52,081 bases of DNA from Chloroflexota bacterium. GTDB taxonomy: Bacteria; Chloroflexota; Anaerolineae; CG2-30-64-16. The notes beneath the pieces were generated by a model, which saw only the letters and a program-made list of their open reading frames with translations, was not told the DNA's origin and made no database searches. Made by a program: the position numbers and the translations under genes. Positions 47,278 to 52,081 of the stretch are shown one piece after another (the first letter of the stretch is position 1; every line of letters begins with the position of its first letter). The stretch is taken from NCBI GenBank assembly GCA_037445695.1, contig JBBIKA010000002.1, positions 28,211 to 80,291 on the forward strand, read 5' to 3'.

Positions 47278-48362
47278 ATGCGGTTCGTAGATGAATATCG
47301 CAACGAGGCCGATGCCCGCAAGTTCCTGGCCGCCATCGAGCGGATCACGACGCGGCCGTGGACGATCATGGAGATCTGCGGCGGGCAGACGCACACGCTC
47401 ATCAAGTCCGGCATTGACCGGCTGTTGCCGCCGCAGATCACGCTGGTGCACGGCCCGGGGTGCCCGGTCTGCGTCACCCCGCTGGAGCTGATTGATCGGG
47501 CCATTGCCATTGCGCGGCGGCCCGAGGTGATCTTCACCTCGTTCGGCGATATGCTGCGCGTGCCCGGCTCGGACGCCGACCTGCTGAGCGTGAAGGCGCA
47601 GGGCGGCGACGTGCGCATGGTCTATTCGCCGCTGGACGCGCTCAAGCTGGCGCAAAAACATCCCGAGCGGCAGGTGGTCTTCTTCGCCGTCGGCTTCGAG
47701 ACGACCGCGCCCGGCAACGCGATGACCGTCTGGCAGGCGCGGCAGCTCGGCCTGACCAACTTCTCGATCCTCTGCTCGCACGTGCTGGTGCCGCCCGCGA
47801 TGGAGGCCATCTTGAGCGCAGCCGACAATCAGATCCAGGGCTTCCTGGCCGCCGGACACGTTTGCACGGTGATGGGCTATTGGGAATATGAGCCGATCGC
47901 CGAGAAGCATCGCGTGCCGATCGTGGTCACCGGCTTCGAGCCGCTCGATCTGCTCCAGGGCATCTACATGACGGTCAAGGCGCTGGAAGAGGGACGCTGG
48001 GGCGTGGAAAACCAGTACACGCGCGCGGTGACCCGCGAGGGCAACCGGCCGGCGCAGAAGCTGGTCGCGGAGGTGTTCGAAGTGAGCGATCGGCAATGGC
48101 GCGGCATCGGCCTGATCCCGGCCAGCGGCTACCGGCTGCGGCCGGCCTATGCTGCGTTCGACGCGGAGCTGCGCTTCGACGTCGCCGGCGTCACCGCGCA
48201 GGAATCGCCCCTGTGCATCGCCGGCCAGATCTTGCAGGGCCATAAGAAGCCGCACGAGTGTCGCGCCTTCGGCCGCCAGTGCACCCCCGAACACCCCCTC
48301 GGCGCGCCGATGGTCTCGTCTGAGGGGGCATGCGCGGCATATTACAGCTACGGGAGGGCCGC

Positions 48363-48366
<4 letters not shown>
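47278..48366 (+). CDS. hypD: Hydrogenase maturation protein HypD
   Basis: [16 protein letters not shown] and FETT motifs. Confidence 0.92.
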
Positions 48367-49463
<1,097 letters not shown>

Positions 49464-49468
49464 TGATG

Positions 49469-49538
49469 GGACGCAGATGAACGCAGATACACGTAGATGG
49501 ACCACCTTATCTGTGTTCATCTGCGTGTATCTGCGTCC
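49469..49538. repeat. Decamer-phased ACGCAGAT word array: 3 direct + 3 inverted units
   Basis: ggACGCAGAT gaACGCAGAT acACGTAGAT / ggaccacctt / ATCTGTGTtc ATCTGCGTgt ATCTGCGTcc. Six units plus a 10-nt centre, all on a 10-bp register. The outer units are exact reverse complements. Confidence 0.9.
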
Positions 49539-49562
49539 AAATCAGCCTTGAGGGAGACAAGG

Positions 49563-50936
49563 ATGTCTACACTGCTCTTGAAACACGCTGACCTGCTCAT
49601 CACCATGGACGCGCAGCGGCGCCGGATCGCCGACGGCGGGCTGTTCGTGCGCGATGATGCCATCGTCCAGGTCGGCCCCACGGCCGAGCTGCCCGCGGCG
49701 GCCGACACGATCATTGATGCCCGCGGGATGATTGTCTTGCCGGGCTTGATCAACACGCATCACCATCTCTATCAGACCCTCACCCGCTGCATGGCGCAAG
49801 ATAGCGTGCTGTTCGATTGGCTGACGACCCTCTATCCTATCTGGGCGCAGTTGACGCCGGAAGCGGTCTACGTTTCCGCCAAGGTGGGCCTGGCCGAGCT
49901 GATGCTCTCCGGCTGCACCACCTCCAGCGACCACCTCTACATTTACCCCAACGGCTGCCGGATCGAGCACGAGATCGAGGCGGCCGTCGAGCTGGGGATC
50001 CGCTTCGTCGCGACGCGCGGCAGCATGAGCCTGGGCCGCTCGCGAGGCGGCCTGCCGCCCGATCGCTGCGTGGAAACAGAGGACTTCATCCTCAAGGACA
50101 GCCAACGCGCGATCGAGCAGTACCATCAGCGGGAGCGCTTCGCCATGGTGCAGGTGGCGCTGGCGCCCTGCTCGCCCTTCAGCGTCACCGCCGACCTGAT
50201 GCGGGAGAGCGCCGCGCTGGCCCGAAGCTACGGCGTTCGCCTGCATACGCATCTGGCCGAGACGCTGGACGAAGAGCGCTTTTGTCTGGAGAAGTTCGGC
50301 GCGCGGCCGGTGGAGTACGTCGAGTCGCTCGGCTGGGTCGGCCCGGATGTGTGGCACGCCCACTGCGTGCATTTGAACGCGGCGGAGATCGCGCTCTTCG
50401 CCCGCACCGGCAGCGGCGTGGCGCACTGTCCCAGCTCCAACATGCGGCTGGCGTCGGGGATCGCGCCTGTGCGCGCCATGCGCGATGCGGGCGTGAAGGT
50501 GGGGCTGGGCGTGGACGGCTCGGCCTCGAACGACGGCAATCACCTGTTGGCCGAGGCGCGGCAGGCGCTGCTGGTGCAGCGGGTGCGCGATCTCAATCCG
50601 GCCGCGCTCGGCGCGCAGGAGGCGCTGGAGCTCGCGACGCTCGGCGGCGCGGCCGTGCTCGGCCGGGACGACATCGGCAGCCTGGCTCCCGGCATGGCCG
50701 CCGACTTCATCGGCTATCGGCAGGAGCGGCTCGACTTCGCCGGCGCGCTGCACGATCCGCTGGCCGCGCTCGTCTTCTGCACCCCGCCGAAGGTGGATCT
50801 GAGCGTCATCAACGGCAAGGTGCGGGTGCAAGACGGCGAGATCGTGGGGTTGGACGTGGTCGGCCTGGTGCGGCGGCACAATGCGATCAGTCGGCAGATG
50901 CTGCGCGGGGAGCCTGCCCTGAGGCCGGAAACGTGA
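49563..50936 (+). CDS. Amidohydrolase, 8-oxoguanine deaminase-like
   Basis: LPGLINTHHHLYQTLTR, LAPCSPFSV, RLHTHLAET, HCPSSNMRLASGI and GVDGSASND. As far as I recall, these blocks closely track the Pseudomonas 8-oxoguanine deaminase sequence. Confidence 0.8.
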   Translation: MSTLLLKHADLLITMDAQRRRIADGGLFVRDDAIVQVGPTAELPAAADTIIDARGMIVLPGLINTHHHLYQTLTRCMAQDSVLFDWLTTLYPIWAQLTPEAVYVSAKVGLAELMLSGCTTSSDHLYIYPNGCRIEHEIEAAVELGIRFVATRGSMSLGRSRGGLPPDRCVETEDFILKDSQRAIEQYHQRERFAMVQVALAPCSPFSVTADLMRESAALARSYGVRLHTHLAETLDEERFCLEKFGARPVEYVESLGWVGPDVWHAHCVHLNAAEIALFARTGSGVAHCPSSNMRLASGIAPVRAMRDAGVKVGLGVDGSASNDGNHLLAEARQALLVQRVRDLNPAALGAQEALELATLGGAAVLGRDDIGSLAPGMAADFIGYRQERLDFAGALHDPLAALVFCTPPKVDLSVINGKVRVQDGEIVGLDVVGLVRRHNAISRQMLRGEPALRPET

Positions 50937-50947
50937 CCCGTCGTTTT

Positions 50948-50976
50948 TTGACAAGCACTTCTGCTTCGGCTATACT
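50948..50976 (+). promoter_or_regulatory. Near-consensus sigma-70 promoter upstream of rpsU
   Basis: TTGACA (50948-50953), 17-nt spacer, TATACT (50971-50976). Confidence 0.65.
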
Positions 50977-50982
50977 ATCCCT

Positions 50983-51219
50983 TGGCCTGAAATCCGTACA
51001 CGCGTCCATGACAGGAGCACCTATGGCCTGAACGGAGCAATCTGCGGTTTTTGCATGCCCGAGACAGGGATCGGCGACGCACAAGCGCAGTTCCCGTGCG
51101 GGCTACAAGCTGGTGGAAGCGCAGGAACGATCGAGGGCCTCACCGGTGGGTGAGGCTTCGTGTTGTTAAGTGAAGGCGTGATCGGATTGAGTGTGGGCGG
51201 GGAAGGAGGTGACATATCC
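50983..51219 (+). promoter_or_regulatory. Long (~240 nt) candidate structured leader or small RNA upstream of rpsU
   Basis: No credible ORF. Contains the hairpin gcctcacc-ggtg-ggtgaggc followed by ttcgtgttgtt (51137-51167), about 50 nt before the rpsU RBS. Confidence 0.35.
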
Positions 51220-51432
51220 ATGGCTACCGTAGTGCTGCGTCCCGGAGAATCGCAGGAGTCGCTGCTGAAGCGTTTTCGCAAAGAGGTGATGAAGGAGCGC
51301 ATCCTGCCGACCGTGCGCAAGAAGCGCTGGTTTACGCCGCCCAGCGAACTGCGCCGGCTCAAGAAGCAGAAGGCGATCCGTAAAGCGCGACAGGCGCAGC
51401 GACGTCGCGAGAGCCGGGAAGGCATTCGCTGA
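51220..51432 (+). CDS. rpsU: 30S ribosomal protein S21
   Basis: 70 aa. ESLLKRFRKEV...KKRWFTPPSELRR...KAIRKAR. GGAAGGAGG RBS. Confidence 0.9.
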   Translation: MATVVLRPGESQESLLKRFRKEVMKERILPTVRKKRWFTPPSELRRLKKQKAIRKARQAQRRRESREGIR

Positions 51433-51496
51433 GGTGCCTGCCGGATCGGGCTTTGGCCGCCGGACGTAATGGCCCCCACTCTGGAAGGGGAGAGTT

Positions 51497-51736
51497 ATGG
51501 CGAAGCAAGAAGACAAGCTGATCCTTGAGGGAAAGATCGTTGAGGCGTTGCCCAACACGACCTTTCGCGTCCAACTGGAGAACGGCTACGAGGTGTTGGC
51601 CTATCTTTCCGGCAAGATGCGGAAGTACTACATCCGGGTTCTGCTCGGAGATCGTGTGCGGGTGGAGCTTTCGCCGTACGACCTGACGCGCGGACGGATC
51701 GTCTATCGTCATCGCGGGCCGACCGGGGCCGCGTGA
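51497..51736 (+). CDS. infA: Translation initiation factor IF-1
   Basis: [30 protein letters not shown]...[30 protein letters not shown]. Confidence 0.93.
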   Translation: MAKQEDKLILEGKIVEALPNTTFRVQLENGYEVLAYLSGKMRKYYIRVLLGDRVRVELSPYDLTRGRIVYRHRGPTGAA

Positions 51737-51810
51737 TCCGGTCGGCCGGGTTGCCTCGAGGAGCGGCGCCGGGTTCGGGAATCCTCCTTCGCTGGTGAAA
51801 CGTGGGAAAG

Positions 51811-51859
51811 CGGAGTTTGGGGCGCGCGGCTTTGCGGGCCGCCCCAAACTCCGTTTTTT
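51811..51859 (+). terminator. Intrinsic terminator downstream of infA
   Basis: 14-bp stem cggagtttggggcg / cgccccaaactccg followed by T6. Confidence 0.8.
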
Positions 51860-51899
51860 CTTGGAACCACCTATCTTCTTCGGTCGGTGGATCCGTTTT

Positions 51900-51965
51900 G
51901 ATCCCCTCACCCCCCTTTGTCCCCCCTCTCCCCTGGCCTGCGGCCAGGGGAGAGGGGGGTGCAGG
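51900..51965. repeat. GC-rich hairpin mosaic module
   Basis: cccctctcccctggcc-tgc-ggccaggggagagggg, the same module type as 14831-14852 and 18783-18805. Confidence 0.75.
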
Positions 51966-52081
51966 ATGGGTGTTGCGGCGGGGGGGGGGCCCCCCCCCCC
52001 CCCCACCCCCCCCCCTCCACCCCCCCCCCCCCCCGGCCCCCCGGCGGGGGGGGGGGGGGGGGGGGGGGCGGGGGGGGGGGG
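51966..52081. other. G/C homopolymer block at contig end, probable sequencing/assembly artefact
   Basis: Runs of 10-26 G or C with occasional single-base interruptions extend to the last base of the window. Confidence 0.7.

Noticed and set aside
51070-51110. acagggatcggcgacgcacaagcgc in the rpsU leader resembling part of the c-di-GMP-I (GEMM-I) core (ACAGGGCAAA...GACGCAAAGC).
   Set aside because: The intervening P1 hairpin with its tetraloop, and the second hairpin, are missing. The similarity is limited to two short words.
51765-51795. gggttcgggaatcc resembling a tRNA T-arm.
   Set aside because: There is no 7-nt T-loop consensus (TTCGAAT/TTCAAAT) closed by a 5-bp stem, and no acceptor, D or anticodon arms could be built from the flanking sequence.
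51966-52081. Poly-G/poly-C block considered as a biological G-quadruplex or telomere-like chromosome end.
   Set aside because: The irregular homopolymers at the very end of the contig fit a sequencing/assembly artefact far better. They are reported only as a quality warning.

Overview
High-GC bacterial chromosomal window that looks like the end of a metagenome-assembled contig; the last ~115 nt are G/C homopolymer junk. I call about 47 protein genes, almost all housekeeping. In order they are: dhaK-dhaL, a gpsA-like dehydrogenase, purN-purH, T-box-controlled pheS-pheT, tpiA, a T-box(Trp)-controlled stand-alone trpB2, trxA, comEA, an SPFH/stomatin gene, metG, two tandem GNATs and htrA. These are followed by a membrane-arm-only nuoA-H-J-K-L-M-N operon, murE, a LysM-YkuD L,D-transpeptidase, and a translationally coupled ABC-F / coaE-GNAT / small TM / dnaJ / prmA block. 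The window ends with two tandem FemAB-family genes, a CDF transporter with three tandem cytoplasmic domains directly upstream of hypA-B-F-C-D-E, an 8-oxoguanine-deaminase-like amidohydrolase, rpsU and infA. I found no rRNA, tRNA, CRISPR array, transposase, integrase or recognisable defence genes. Gene content plus T-box leaders suggests a Chloroflexota-like organism (inference only). I could not identify a convincing novel multi-gene protein system. The most unusual content is non-coding, in four groups. (1) A class of short-word arrays (8- or 10-bp phased direct repeats followed by their inverted copies, with a different word at each locus); one sits in frame inside nuoL and similar sequences may sit in hypF and hypE. 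(2) A modular GC-rich hairpin mosaic (MITE/REP-like) present at six loci, including ~135-bp and ~70-bp copies in opposite orientations. (3) A 33-35 bp perfect palindrome family. (4) A telomere-like GGGATT/AATCCC motif at two gene ends. Near-consensus TTGACA-17-TAnnnT promoters are readable at many intergenic sites. All coordinates and motifs were read by eye, and no database search or folding computation was possible.
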